DNA from: Thermoplasmata archaeon
Lineage (GTDB): Archaea > Thermoplasmatota > Thermoplasmata > Thermoplasmatales > GCA-001856825
Reading direction: 5' to 3'
Assembly: GCA_021792255.1 (NCBI GenBank)
Contig: JAJYUZ010000005.1
Coordinates: forward strand, 21,115 to 85,114
DNA length: 64,000 bases
Within the stretch, counting starts at the first letter, position 1. The number at the start of each line of letters is the position of its first letter. Positions 38,691 through 49,894 of this stretch are shown piece after piece. The notes under the pieces were generated by a model that was given only the letters and a program-made list of their open reading frames with translations, had not been told where the DNA came from and did no database searches. Made by a program: the position numbers and the translations under genes.

Positions 38691-39746
38691 ATGGAAAAGA
38701 GAGTATTGGTTACAGGAATCACAGGGCAGGATGGTGCTTTGCTGGCAAAGATGCTATTGCAACGCGGTTTCGATGTATTTGGGACGTACAGGCGGATCAG
38801 TTCCCCAAACTTTTGGAGACTTTCATATTTAGGGATAGTGGATAAAATACATCTGGTGCCGTGTGATATTCTCGACCCTACGTCGGTATTCAGGGTAATA
38901 AAATCCATACAGCCGGAATATATATTCAACTTGGCCGCCCAGAGCCAGGTCTTGGCCAGTTTCGATTCTCCCATTATAACTAGCCAGATTACGGGGATAT
39001 CCGTTGTGAACTTTTTAGAGGGAATTTTGAGGCTGGATAAGTCAATTAAATTCTATAACGCAGCGACAAGTGAGTTGTTTGGAAACAACGGAGTATCGGG
39101 AAGCTTCGATGAGGAATCACCCATGAAGCCTTCAAGTCCTTACGCAGTTTCCAAGCTGTACGCATACTGGATGGTTAAGGTTTACAGGGAATCGTACGGT
39201 CTCTTCGCAGTTAATGGAATACTGTTCAATCACGAGTCAGAAATAAGGGGATTGGAATTTGTTACAAGAAAGATATCAAATGAGGTAGCAAAGATCAAAC
39301 TGGGACTTTCAACTAAGATAAGACTCGGCAATATAGAAAGTTACAGAGACTGGGGGTACGCACCCGATTATGTGGATGCAATGTACATGATGATGGAATC
39401 AGAAGAGGCGGATGATTTTGTTGTCGCTACAAATGAAACACATCAGGTAAAGGAATTCTTGAAAATAGCATTTGAGTACGTAGATTTAGACTACAAAGAT
39501 CATCTGGAGATTTCTCCTAAGTTCATGAGGCCGACGGATGTTAACTATTTAAGAGGAAGTCACGATAAGATTACCCGGAAGCTTGGTTGGAAGCCTAACA
39601 CCACATTTTCAGAGCTAGTAAGAATTATGGTTAAAGCGGACACAGAAAGGTGGAGGAATCTCAAGGCGGGGCACATTGTTCCAACAGATGCCCTTTTTTA
39701 TGACGAAAGCAAGTTTGATATTTATAGCCCAGAGGGTAAAATATGA
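38691..39746 (+). CDS. gmd: GDP-mannose 4,6-dehydratase
   Basis: TGITGQDG, NLAAQS, TSELFG, SPYAVSK, GILFNHES..RG.EFVTRKI, RDWGYA.DYV.AM. Confidence 0.95.
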   Translation: MEKRVLVTGITGQDGALLAKMLLQRGFDVFGTYRRISSPNFWRLSYLGIVDKIHLVPCDILDPTSVFRVIKSIQPEYIFNLAAQSQVLASFDSPIITSQITGISVVNFLEGILRLDKSIKFYNAATSELFGNNGVSGSFDEESPMKPSSPYAVSKLYAYWMVKVYRESYGLFAVNGILFNHESEIRGLEFVTRKISNEVAKIKLGLSTKIRLGNIESYRDWGYAPDYVDAMYMMMESEEADDFVVATNETHQVKEFLKIAFEYVDLDYKDHLEISPKFMRPTDVNYLRGSHDKITRKLGWKPNTTFSELVRIMVKADTERWRNLKAGHIVPTDALFYDESKFDIYSPEGKI

Positions 39747-40831
39747 TTCCAATATACAAGCCTTTGATCGAGGATGAGGAAGTTAACGCAGTCTCAAAAG
39801 TGGTTAGATCAGGGTGGGTAAGTTCTAAAGGCAAAGAACTGAAAGTTTTTGAGGACCATTTTTCTAAATACATAGGAAGAAAAGCAGGTGTGTCTACTTC
39901 CAGCGGAACAACAGCATTGCATTTAGCGCTGGCAGCACTTGGCATAAGAAAAGGGGATGAAGTAGTAGCTCCCGACTTTACCTTTGTATCTCCTGTGAAT
40001 GCTGTCATTTATCAAAATGCTGAACCTGTCCTAGTGGATGCCGAATATGAGACCTTCGGTGCCGACCCAGATAAAATAAAAGAAGCGATTTCCAAAAGGA
40101 CTAAGGCGGTAGTAGTTGCTCACATGTATGGAAACGCTGCAAGAATTGATGAGATTAAGGAGATAACGGAGGATAAAGGAGTATATTTAATAGAGGATTG
40201 CGCAGAATCCATAGGAGCGAAGTACAACGGGAAAATGGTTGGATCGAGAGGCATCATTAGTTGTTTCTCTTTTTACGGCAACAAGATCATAACAACGGGA
40301 GAGGGGGGGATGTGCCTTACTGACGACTATGAGATCGGAGAGAAGTTGTCCACACTGCGAGATCATGGGATGAAACCGGAGAAAAGATACTGGCACGATG
40401 AAGTTGGATTTAACTATAGGATGACCAACATGCAGGCAGCGCTAGGGTTAGCCCAGCTAAAAAAAATAGACCAAATTATTGCAAGAAAGAGAAAAATTGC
40501 TGCGCAATACCAAGAACTCTTATCCAACAGACTTGAAGTCCAGTCAGATCCTCCAAATCAGGAATCCGTATTCTGGCTTTATTCTGTTCTTTCAAAGAGC
40601 GGAACGGTTCGAGAGAGAATTTTAAGGGAATTGGAAAAGAATGATATAGAGTCTAGAAGATTTTTCCATCCAGTTCATACGATGCCGCCTTACAGGAATT
40701 TTCGTTTTATCAGTCAGAAAAGAAAGGTGAGCAATGATATTTCGAGAAGGGGATTTAACCTTCCAAGCTATCCGGGAATTTCACAAGAAGAACTAACGCT
40801 AGTAAGTGAAACGGTAAACAGAATTGTATGA
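39743..40831 (+). CDS. GDP-perosamine synthase (DegT/DnrJ/EryC1/StrS aminotransferase)
   Basis: SGWVSSKG, SGTTALHLAL, IEDCAE, FSFYGNKIITTGEGGM, RYWHDEVGFNYRMTNMQAALG; coupled to gmd. Confidence 0.88.
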   Translation: MIPIYKPLIEDEEVNAVSKVVRSGWVSSKGKELKVFEDHFSKYIGRKAGVSTSSGTTALHLALAALGIRKGDEVVAPDFTFVSPVNAVIYQNAEPVLVDAEYETFGADPDKIKEAISKRTKAVVVAHMYGNAARIDEIKEITEDKGVYLIEDCAESIGAKYNGKMVGSRGIISCFSFYGNKIITTGEGGMCLTDDYEIGEKLSTLRDHGMKPEKRYWHDEVGFNYRMTNMQAALGLAQLKKIDQIIARKRKIAAQYQELLSNRLEVQSDPPNQESVFWLYSVLSKSGTVRERILRELEKNDIESRRFFHPVHTMPPYRNFRFISQKRKVSNDISRRGFNLPSYPGISQEELTLVSETVNRIV

Positions 40832-40852
40832 ATCTGTCTTTGAGAGTGCCCT

Positions 40853-42013
40853 ATGGGAAAGGTTGACCAAATAGACTTCTTGTTCGTGATCGCCCGTCCG
40901 CAGATAAATGACGGTGGATACGTTATAAAGCACGCCTTATATCTGGCAGAAGAGGTCAGAAAAAAAGGTTATTCGGTAGCATTCTTAATCCTCCCCCAGG
41001 CCGATATGGAAATTGCTTTGATTAGAAAAAAGAAGAGAACTATGCCGTTAAGGCTTTTTTTAGCGAATTTGCTTTACGATTCATTGTTTTTTTTTAAATT
41101 CAGCAACTACTTGTTTCAAATTTTTAATCTAAAATTTAACCGATATGCATATAATTTAGATATTCCCGATGAAATAAAAATATTTTATTCTAGTACACGC
41201 TGCATTTCATTATCTAAACGAGTTGTATGTAATGACTGGTTTTCAGCGCATTATCTCTCCAAACAAACTAAAGTTCAAAATGGATACTTCATAGTCTACC
41301 ATTCACACGAAAACGAGTATGTGGGACTCTCTGACATAGTAATCACCACCTACGACCGATGGCCCAATATCATAGTCACAAACGAAGTTATGAGAAGAAA
41401 ACTTAATTTGAGTAAGGAAGCCGTGATGACGGTTGCAATTGATAATGGCAAGATCTTAAAAGAGAATGATAAGGAAAAAAAGGCCAATACGGTATTAATT
41501 TCTATCAGAAAGGGTCCCATTAAGGGAGCCGAGTATGCTATAGAAGCCATTAACACACTCCTACGAGAGAGAGAGGATATAACTGTTTACACATTTGGTG
41601 ATTTGAATCTAGAACAGTTATCAAATCCTAAGTGGATCAACCTAGGTTACGTAACTAACGATGATCTGAAAAATCTATTTAGCATAAGCGAAATATTCGT
41701 ATCGCCATCTATAGAAGATGGAGTTCCAGGCACAGCAGCTGAAGCTATGGCTAACGGCTGCGCTGTAGTCTGTACAGATGTAAGTGGCGCCAGGGAACTG
41801 ATAGATGATGGACATAATGGACTCATCGTACCTATAAGGGACCCTGTCTCAATTGTTAAGAATGTCAACTTTCTGTTAACGCACAGAGATGTAATGAAAA
41901 AACTTCAAAATAATGCCAGAGACTCTTTAAAAAAATTTTCAAGGGAGAATATGGCTGAATCATTTCTATCGGTCGTACACTATTATGAGCAATCCGGAGT
42001 GCCAAAGAAATAG
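40853..42013 (+). CDS. GT4 glycosyltransferase
   Basis: IKGAEYAIEA, PSIEDGVPGTAAEAMANG. Confidence 0.85.
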   Translation: MGKVDQIDFLFVIARPQINDGGYVIKHALYLAEEVRKKGYSVAFLILPQADMEIALIRKKKRTMPLRLFLANLLYDSLFFFKFSNYLFQIFNLKFNRYAYNLDIPDEIKIFYSSTRCISLSKRVVCNDWFSAHYLSKQTKVQNGYFIVYHSHENEYVGLSDIVITTYDRWPNIIVTNEVMRRKLNLSKEAVMTVAIDNGKILKENDKEKKANTVLISIRKGPIKGAEYAIEAINTLLREREDITVYTFGDLNLEQLSNPKWINLGYVTNDDLKNLFSISEIFVSPSIEDGVPGTAAEAMANGCAVVCTDVSGARELIDDGHNGLIVPIRDPVSIVKNVNFLLTHRDVMKKLQNNARDSLKKFSRENMAESFLSVVHYYEQSGVPKK

Positions 42014-42302
42014 CGGAAGAGATACGGGCGGCTGAATAAAGGATTGCAACAGAAAGCAACGGGGAAGGCATTGGAAATTTCAGTTAAACTAGCCACCTTT
42101 CGATCGAAATGATAATAGTAAAAGTAGAGAAAGGGAGTGGATAACATAAAATGCAATTACTACAGTTCACCCTCCACTTTAATGACTCGTTTTACACTTC
42201 ATTCTGCCAAGCATTCTGATGTGTTAAGAATGCGATAGCAGGTCAATCAGAAGTTAAGACGAGAGAAAGCAAAGTTTATTAGATTTCGAGGCTTGTATAT
42301 TA

Positions 42303-43211
42303 GTGAATCCAGTAGCAAAGCTTTTTTTTTGGAATGAAACTGCATACAAATTGTACAAGCGTAGTAAACTTCTTCCTTGGCTTAATGCTCGATATGTCGA
42401 ATGGAAATTTTTGAAAGATTTGACATCGGCTAGGTCCAGCATTTCAATTGATGACCCTATGGAGTATATGGGATTTAAAATGGTTATCGACCCATCACAA
42501 AGGCATGACCTTTATTTTCTCATTCTAAAGGACAAGAATCTTGTTTACGAAGAAGAAGTTGTACAATTCTTAAGGAAGAGCTCAGAGAAAAATATAATAT
42601 TCGTAGACATAGGAGCTAACAATGGTTTTTTTTCGTTACTGGTGGCATCTTTATCACAAGGGAATATTGTGTATTCATTCGAGCCTAGCCCATCTGCATA
42701 TGCGAGGCTTACTAATAACATAGGGTTGAATAGTTTCAAGAATATCCAGCCATACAATCTCGCCCTAGGGTCCAAAGAAGATGATGGATATATGAATATT
42801 TCTAATCTTGAAGATGGCCTAAACTCACTAAAAGTAATACCCAATTCCAACTCGATGGTTCCAGTACATATTACGACTCTGGACAATGTGCTTAAAGTCA
42901 GAGAGGTAGATATCATAAAGATGGACGTCGAAGGAATGGAAGAGGAGGTTATGAAAGGAGCTAAAGAAATAATAGGGTACAACCATAGTATAAAGATTAT
43001 ATTTGAGCACAATGCAACGTTCTTGAACGAAAAATCTGATAATGGAGTAAGCTTCCTCACAAACTTAGGTTTCAGCATTTATCGGATGGGGTGGGATAGA
43101 TCTCGATTGATACTCCGACGGGTCACCGATGTAAGAAACTTGCCTGATTTATGTAACCTTATCGCGGTTCGGGACGAAGAATTTGACTGTAATTGGTCCG
43201 CTCCCTTGTAG
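42303..43211 (+). CDS. FkbM-family methyltransferase
   Basis: FVDIGANNGFFS, YSFEP, NLALG, TLDN, IIKMDVEGME. Confidence 0.9.
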   Translation: MNPVAKLFFWNETAYKLYKRSKLLPWLNARYVEWKFLKDLTSARSSISIDDPMEYMGFKMVIDPSQRHDLYFLILKDKNLVYEEEVVQFLRKSSEKNIIFVDIGANNGFFSLLVASLSQGNIVYSFEPSPSAYARLTNNIGLNSFKNIQPYNLALGSKEDDGYMNISNLEDGLNSLKVIPNSNSMVPVHITTLDNVLKVREVDIIKMDVEGMEEEVMKGAKEIIGYNHSIKIIFEHNATFLNEKSDNGVSFLTNLGFSIYRMGWDRSRLILRRVTDVRNLPDLCNLIAVRDEEFDCNWSAPL

Positions 43212-43326
43212 CATTCAGTTTTCAGGGTAGCAGATTAGTTGTTCTTAACTTTATCAATTTGGTATGCTCCCTTATAGAACTGGAACATTCTATAAAAAGT
43301 ATTATAAATGGGAAATATCCCACTTG

Positions 43327-44409
43327 ATGAAAATTCTGTTGTTGCTTCCAACTCAGTCAAGCAGGTTTTCCGATTTATATAATGTATTCAATGACCTGCA
43401 TATGGGTCTTGGTAAGATAGGTTATAAATCTGAGATAGTAGAGATTAAAAAAAGTGGAGTTGAAGGCTTTCCATATTCGACTGTGAGGAACATCGAAATA
43501 GATGCCCTTGGGAGATTCATAAATGACAACGTTTCTGACGATACGTACTTTGTTACCGTTGATGATATTGATGTGATGAAGGAAATAAGCCGTATCGGAA
43601 AGATTCAAAATTTCTTGGTATGGGCCCATTACTTCTTTGGAGCTCGTTTTATCTTCAAGAGATATAGACAGAAACCATATGAGAATTTTGGAGTTAAAAG
43701 GCATCATAATTTGTTCGGTCTGGTCCCTAGTAACATTTTTGGCTTAATAGGTCGTTCCTATTATAGCGCGCTGAAAAACAATGGGATCGTCGCTCAATCG
43801 CTCTGGACTGATCTTCTCATGGAGCGGGTCTATAATATTGATGTAAAAGGGGTATTATATATTCCTATAGAGGCCAGCTACTACGTCACCAGCAAAGAGA
43901 AAGAGGACAAAGTTCTGATATTTCTAGGTAACGATATGGAGACAGACCTGTACTCTTTGGAAAGTGCCATAAGAAAAATTACTCGAATAAACTCAAGAAT
44001 AGAATTCGACTCATTCGGGAATAGAGATACAATGGATTTTTTCAATAAAAGGTTTAATAGAAATATAAAATATCTTGGAAAATTGGAGAGAAAGGACCTA
44101 AACACAGAATACTCACGCCATCTTGCAACTATTGCGCCAATATACAACGGCAACTTCGAGATGGTGCCAATTCAGAGCCTGTTGTGTGGAACTCCGGTAA
44201 TAAGTTTTATGCAGCCGTTTATGGAAGTTACTGGCAGAAGTTCAATGATAGCCAATATTCAAAATATCAATGATGTCGAAGTGAAATCTGGTAAATGGAT
44301 TAATAGAATTTACGATAATGCGGATGAGCTAACGCAAAGAATCTTGGGGATTATGGGGAACGACATAATTGCAGAAGAGATGGTTCACAAATATTTGTTG
44401 GTATCTTAA
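43327..44409 (+). CDS. GT-B-fold glycosyltransferase-like protein (degenerate Ex7E motif)
   Basis: PIYNGNFEMVPIQSLLCGTPVI; probable start MKILLLL at 43327. Confidence 0.65.
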   Translation: MKILLLLPTQSSRFSDLYNVFNDLHMGLGKIGYKSEIVEIKKSGVEGFPYSTVRNIEIDALGRFINDNVSDDTYFVTVDDIDVMKEISRIGKIQNFLVWAHYFFGARFIFKRYRQKPYENFGVKRHHNLFGLVPSNIFGLIGRSYYSALKNNGIVAQSLWTDLLMERVYNIDVKGVLYIPIEASYYVTSKEKEDKVLIFLGNDMETDLYSLESAIRKITRINSRIEFDSFGNRDTMDFFNKRFNRNIKYLGKLERKDLNTEYSRHLATIAPIYNGNFEMVPIQSLLCGTPVISFMQPFMEVTGRSSMIANIQNINDVEVKSGKWINRIYDNADELTQRILGIMGNDIIAEEMVHKYLLVS

Positions 44410-45208
44410 TTTTAAAGTTATTTTGGGATCGTTCTGATTTCTTGATAAGAATCAGTATCAAACATAATCAGATGCAGGTCGTAGGGTATTTTAATGCACA
44501 ATAAAATGACAACCTGTATTTTCTTATTTATAAGGTAGTAGTGGGGTCACTTTCCAGTTGGGTTAGCTATATCCGTAATTGAGCTGAACTCCCCTGATAT
44601 CCGAGATTTAGATTGTGTCGTCGCAATTCACAAGAACTCTTAAAACTTCCATAGCCATTGCAACTTCTTGTTGTTTCCTCTAGGCAATAATAATAAAATT
44701 ATACATTGCTCATCACTACAATGCGAGAAAATACGTGCTCGACGAATTTGAATCTAGGACAACTATGGAAGAGCATTGTTAAACTAGCTGGTTGAATCCA
44801 ATGACCAACATTAAAGCATTTATCTTAGAAAGGTCAATATCCTCGTTAAAATACAAAGCCTGCAATTCCTTCGAGAGGTGACTAACTCAGTCAATAGGCG
44901 AAGGTCTAACAGCCGAATGAAGTGCGTGGTCAAATTAAAGTCTGGTCCTGAAAATTATGATCTATACAAATTCTAAGTTCCTCGAAACTCAATTGTTTTC
45001 TGTGTCGAGACATTTTCTATCCCACAATAACTTTTTGTCTTCCTTAAGTGACTTTGAAGCCTAAGGAGACCCAAGAGCACGTTCAAGATAACGGCATTCT
45101 ATTCGAATTTAAGCAAAATGCAATTGGGAATGAAAATTCTTTCCAGCGGTTCCGATTTTTGAAACCAGTAATATCAATCCTTTAATCATTGAGGTTACTA
45201 TCCAAAAG

Positions 45209-46288
45209 ATGAGAATTCTCTGGTTCAGCCACAGGGACATTAAATATCCCAGCAGTGGAGGAGCAGAGAAAACTATTTATGAGGTCGGTAGGAGACTGGT
45301 TCTGAAAGGGAACGAAATGAAATGGTTCTCAGTTGCTGCAGATTCTCTTCCCGTGGCAGAAACCATCTCGGGGATTGATATTGTTCGTCTTCCCAGTAAC
45401 ATTTTGGCCCACGTATATGCTCCCATAATACTCAGGAAAGAAAAGTACGATGTTGTCGTGGATGACATGGCGCATGCTGTTCCGTGGGGTTCAGAAAATT
45501 TCAGTCATTCGAAGGGTACCGTATTCTTCCGTCACCTGCACAGGAGGTCGTTAAAGGGACAGGTCTCTATGCCCAAGGCTTTTCTTTTATCCGGTATTGA
45601 GGCCCTCTATCCTTTTTTATACAGGAGGTGGCCATTCGTAACGGAGAGCGAGTCGTCCATTCAAGACCTGGAGAATCTAGGAATAGAGAAGAGAAGGATT
45701 GCGAAGATATATCCTGGACTAGGTGAAAATGATTTTTTAACGTTTGACAAGACGGAAACGCCTTCATTGGTATATTTCGGAGGTATGAGGGACTACAAGA
45801 GGCCATGGGAGCCCTTGTACGTCTTAAAAGAACTGATAAATGCGTATCAGGATATACACCTCTTTATGGTCGGTTCGGGTCTATCTCTGCAAAATGTCAA
45901 GGAGATCTGCCAAAATACTGGACTGAGCCGTTACGTCACCTTTACGGGTAGACTGAGCGATGAAGAACTGAAGCAGCTTGTTGGTAGATCCTGGGTGAAC
46001 ATTCATTCATCAGTTACTGAAGGGTTTGGGCTTTCTATAGTCGAAGCATCTGCACTTGGAACTCCGACTGTAGCTTACGACGTACCTGGCGTTAATGAGA
46101 CAGTTGAAGATGGCAAGAACGGTGCGCTTGTTGAAGAAGGAAACAGAAAAATGATGGCCGAGTCAATAATGAGAATTATAGGTCAATATTCCGACTGGTG
46201 GGTCAAATCATCCATAGATGCAGCAAGGAAATATTCCTGGGAAAAGACTGCAAGGGCGTGGGATAAACATCTTCAGACTATTGTCTAA
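45209..46288 (+). CDS. GT4 glycosyltransferase
   Basis: HRDIKYPSSGGAE, YKRP, EGFGLSIVEASALGTP, YSWEKTA. Confidence 0.9.
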   Translation: MRILWFSHRDIKYPSSGGAEKTIYEVGRRLVLKGNEMKWFSVAADSLPVAETISGIDIVRLPSNILAHVYAPIILRKEKYDVVVDDMAHAVPWGSENFSHSKGTVFFRHLHRRSLKGQVSMPKAFLLSGIEALYPFLYRRWPFVTESESSIQDLENLGIEKRRIAKIYPGLGENDFLTFDKTETPSLVYFGGMRDYKRPWEPLYVLKELINAYQDIHLFMVGSGLSLQNVKEICQNTGLSRYVTFTGRLSDEELKQLVGRSWVNIHSSVTEGFGLSIVEASALGTPTVAYDVPGVNETVEDGKNGALVEEGNRKMMAESIMRIIGQYSDWWVKSSIDAARKYSWEKTARAWDKHLQTIV

Positions 46289-46447
46289 TAACGTGTTTAA
46301 AGATAACCCATAAAACTATACTTATAAACGATCTGGCAAGGTCTTGATATTGAAGAATCTAATTTCAACATTGACTGCTTCGGACGCGACAGATAGAAAT
46401 GATAAGGTTCACTAGCACAATACAACAAAGGTTTGAGAAATCTAACC

Positions 46448-47239
46448 TTAGATCCACCTCATCTTCCTGTAGTAAAGATTCACCATACTCTTCGGTACAT
46501 GCCTGTAGAACCTTGAATGCCTTACCCGAAATGCCGCAAGTGACACACCCTGTCCTATGACCTCACCTATGGGATGGAATTTGCTCTCATCCCTGTGGTT
46601 GTAATGCGATTCAACCTCCCTGATCCTAGCCTTCTCCTGCCTCATGAAGAAGAGGAGGGCTACATCGAAGAATGTGTTTGTTGATCCAACCTTCCTCATA
46701 GCCCTTATGAACTCATCAGACCTGAATGCCTTGTAACCGCTCTGCGTGTCCCTTACCCTTATGCCGAGTGATGCCTGGACAAGTATGTTGAAGCCTCCGC
46801 TCAGTAGCCTCCTGGTGAAAGGTATGCTGTTGCCGTTGTTGTACCTTGAGAATATGATGCCGTCATACTCCTGCAGCAGGTGCAAACTGTCCACCATATC
46901 CTTAAACGACATGCTGCCGTCAGCGTCCATCAGTATGACGTAATCAGAGTCAATTACGTTGAGAACCCTCTTGATTGCAGCCCCCTTTCCTCCCCTTGCA
47001 TTCGACTTCATCATCGAAACAAATGGAAAAATATCAGAATAGGATGAAACGATCCTGTCCGTACCATCATTTCCGTCAATTGATACAATTACTTTCCAGT
47101 TCAGTTTCCTTGTGGAGATGAAATCGCTCACCTCCTCTAATGTTTTTCCAATGACCTCCTCCTCGTTGTAGGCTGGGATGACTACGGTGAAAGTGTGTTG
47201 CGATAAAGGGGTGGTTTCTTCTGATATTGTTTCCCGCAT
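46448..47239 (-). CDS. GT2 polyprenol-phosphate glycosyltransferase (DPM/DPG synthase-like)
   Basis: VVIPAYNEE, GKGAAI, LMDADG, RDTQSGYKAF, FFDV. Confidence 0.85.
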   Translation of the reverse strand: MRETISEETTPLSQHTFTVVIPAYNEEEVIGKTLEEVSDFISTRKLNWKVIVSIDGNDGTDRIVSSYSDIFPFVSMMKSNARGGKGAAIKRVLNVIDSDYVILMDADGSMSFKDMVDSLHLLQEYDGIIFSRYNNGNSIPFTRRLLSGGFNILVQASLGIRVRDTQSGYKAFRSDEFIRAMRKVGSTNTFFDVALLFFMRQEKARIREVESHYNHRDESKFHPIGEVIGQGVSLAAFRVRHSRFYRHVPKSMVNLYYRKMRWI

Positions 47240-47333
47240 TGTATCATCAGGATGTAGAACGATACTGTCTCAAATATAATAACATTTTCATCGTCCTTAT
47301 CACTGAATTCCATTCATCACAAGGAATAGGACA

Positions 47334-48236
47334 TCATTTCTTCTCTAAGGGAAGGATCATCTCCCTGACTCCTTTCCTAATGTCGTATTCAGGAGTGAAG
47401 TCGAGTTCTCTGGCGGTTTTAGAAATATTAGCCTGCGTAAACATTTGGTAACTCTTCAGGGGATTTGGGATGTATTTAGCATCCTTTTCATACTTCATTT
47501 CCTCTTTTACAATGTCAAAGATTGTGTTGAAATCAGTGGATCTACCAGTTCCAACGTTGTAGACTTCCCCAGGTTTCCCCTTTTTCATCGCCAGGACGGA
47601 TGCTCTAGCCGTGTCACGGACGTAAATGAAGTCTCTACTTTGCCTCCCGTCACCGTAGATCACAGGTTGCTCACCCTTTCTTATGCTTTCTATGAATTTC
47701 CATATCACGCTAGAGTATGGCCCTTTGCTGTTTTCCCCTATGCCGTACGTGTTGAAATACCTGAGTGCGATCGTCTCAACACCATATTCGTTGAATAGCT
47801 TAGCGGTCATTTCATTTATTCTCTTAGTGAGTGGATAAAAGTTGCTGTAGGTTTCCGGTATTGAATCTTCAGAAGTAACTTTAGATGCGCCTCCGTAAAC
47901 GGACGATGAAGATGCAATCACAACTCTTTTCACCTTGTTAGATTGACTTGCAGCCAGAACGTTATAGGTACCCAGCACATTCACATCGTACCCTTCCCCT
48001 GTCAAGTTTTCGAACTCCGGAGGTGAAGTTACAGCTGCAAGGTGATAAACGTAGTCTATTCCGCTGAGAGCCTTCTCGACCATCTGGCTGTCCCTCATGT
48101 CGCCCATTATATGGTAGTCTGCTACTGAATTCTTGTCTTTTATGTCAAGGGTTGCAACAGTATCTCCCTCTTCCTTCAGCAATTTAACAATGTTCCTACC
48201 AATAAAACCCGAACCTCCAGTCACAAGAACATTCAT
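47334..48236 (-). CDS. NDP-sugar epimerase (SDR, HldD-like loop)
   Basis: GGSGFIG, ASSSSVYG, YPLTK, RYFNTYGIGENSKGPYSSV, RDFIYV. Confidence 0.85.
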   Translation of the reverse strand: MNVLVTGGSGFIGRNIVKLLKEEGDTVATLDIKDKNSVADYHIMGDMRDSQMVEKALSGIDYVYHLAAVTSPPEFENLTGEGYDVNVLGTYNVLAASQSNKVKRVVIASSSSVYGGASKVTSEDSIPETYSNFYPLTKRINEMTAKLFNEYGVETIALRYFNTYGIGENSKGPYSSVIWKFIESIRKGEQPVIYGDGRQSRDFIYVRDTARASVLAMKKGKPGEVYNVGTGRSTDFNTIFDIVKEEMKYEKDAKYIPNPLKSYQMFTQANISKTARELDFTPEYDIRKGVREMILPLEKK

Positions 48237-48351
48237 CCTGCTTAGTATATGCTACTTTAATAAATCTCTAACTGTATTCTTCGGATTGTAACAAAGAAAA
48301 CGACTGCAAACCGGAAATGATTATTAACCCCTCGGTGTTCCTAATTGCGTT

Positions 48352-49338
48352 ATGCTAAACAGGATGGTAACGACAAGAGCACCTCTTAGAATCACATTTG
48401 TTGGTGGAGGTACTGACCTGCCATTCTATTACGAGAAAAGAGATTACGGTGCCGTAGTCTCAGCTGCCATCAACAAGTACATCTACGTCACAGTCAACAG
48501 GAAGTTTGACGATGACATCAGGATCAGCTATTCCAAGACAGAGATGGTCGACGGCGTAGAAAGGATAGAGCACCCTGCGGTGAGGGAGGCACTTAAACTA
48601 CTAGACATAGACAAGGGAATAGAAATAGTCAGCATATCTGACATACCCTCAAGGGGAACGGGACTCGGGTCCAGCAGCACCTTCGTAGTTGCCCTACTTC
48701 ACGCGCTTCACAGCTTCAGGGGAGAGTTCGTGAACCAAGATGAACTTGCGAGGGAGGCAGTGAAAATAGAGAGGGAAATACTGAAGGAACCGGGAGGTAA
48801 GCAGGACCAGTATATAGCGGCATACGGTGGCGTGAATGTAATGAAATTCCTGAACAATGGATCGGTCGAAGTGACCCCCCTAATATCGCACGACAGCAAC
48901 TTGAGGAAAATTGAAGATTCGCTGCTTTTGCTCTACACAGGAAGAGAGAGAAAGTCGACAGAAATTCACAACGACCAGATCAACAGTTCAGGCAACAAGA
49001 TGGACGTATATGACAAAATGAAGGGGCTAACTGAAGAAACGTTCAGGGCGGTGTGCGACGGCGATGCAGATATCCTTGGGAAAAAGATGCACGAGAACTG
49101 GATGCTCAAGAAGAGTCTGTCGGGCAAGATAAGCGACAGCTGGATCGACGATTTATATTCCAAGGCCGTCAGGCTCGGGGCAAAAGGGGGGAAGGTAGTG
49201 GGAGCGGGGGGCGGAGGCTTCCTCCTTCTGGTTGCGGATAAGGAAAAACACGAACCGATTTCTATGGAACTGGGGTTGAGGAAGACAGACTTCAAATTCA
49301 GCCAATCTGGGAGCAGGGTGATTTTTGTTGGGGATTGA
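48352..49338 (+). CDS. hddA: GHMP kinase, D-glycero-D-manno-heptose-7-phosphate kinase (HddA-like), copy 1
   Basis: RAPLRITFVGGGTD, GTGLGSSS, GGKQDQY, GGKVVGAGGGGF; coupled to gmhA. Confidence 0.85.
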   Translation: MLNRMVTTRAPLRITFVGGGTDLPFYYEKRDYGAVVSAAINKYIYVTVNRKFDDDIRISYSKTEMVDGVERIEHPAVREALKLLDIDKGIEIVSISDIPSRGTGLGSSSTFVVALLHALHSFRGEFVNQDELAREAVKIEREILKEPGGKQDQYIAAYGGVNVMKFLNNGSVEVTPLISHDSNLRKIEDSLLLLYTGRERKSTEIHNDQINSSGNKMDVYDKMKGLTEETFRAVCDGDADILGKKMHENWMLKKSLSGKISDSWIDDLYSKAVRLGAKGGKVVGAGGGGFLLLVADKEKHEPISMELGLRKTDFKFSQSGSRVIFVGD

Positions 49339-49894
49339 TCCGTCGCTCTTGGATAAGTATATTGCAGATGGAATTGAAGTCAGAAGGTCAATAAACGTGA
49401 AGGAGATAGTTGAGGTATCGACCACACTGTATGAGAGGTTGAAGAATGGCGGGAAACTCATAACGTTTGGCAACGGTGGGTCTGCCGCGGATGCACAGCA
49501 CTTTGCTGCAGAACTGTCGGGCAGGTTCATGAAGGAAAGGAAGTCCTTCCCTGCAGTGGCACTCCCCACCAACACATCTTCCATAACTGCAATAGGAAAC
49601 GATTATTCCTATTCCGAAATATTCTCAAGGCAGATAGGGGGTCTGTGTTCGGAGAAAGACTTCGTGGTAGGCATAAGCACGTCCGGGAACTCCAAGAATG
49701 TCGTCGAGGGGTTGAAGAAGGCAAGGGAGATCGGGGCATTCACCTTAGGGCTGACCGGCAAGAGCGGAGGCGAAGTGAAGAAAGTCGCAGACCGCTGCAT
49801 CAGGGTGGATTCTGATGTGACCTCCATAATACAGGAGGTCCATATAGCAATTATTCACATGATGTGCTATTCTTTTGACGAGATGCTGGAGTAG
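49325..49894 (+). CDS. gmhA: Phosphoheptose (sedoheptulose-7-phosphate) isomerase
   Basis: GNGGSAADAQHFAAEL, TAIGNDY, ISTSGNS.NV, IQEVH. Confidence 0.93.
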   Translation: MLGIDPSLLDKYIADGIEVRRSINVKEIVEVSTTLYERLKNGGKLITFGNGGSAADAQHFAAELSGRFMKERKSFPAVALPTNTSSITAIGNDYSYSEIFSRQIGGLCSEKDFVVGISTSGNSKNVVEGLKKAREIGAFTLGLTGKSGGEVKKVADRCIRVDSDVTSIIQEVHIAIIHMMCYSFDEMLE

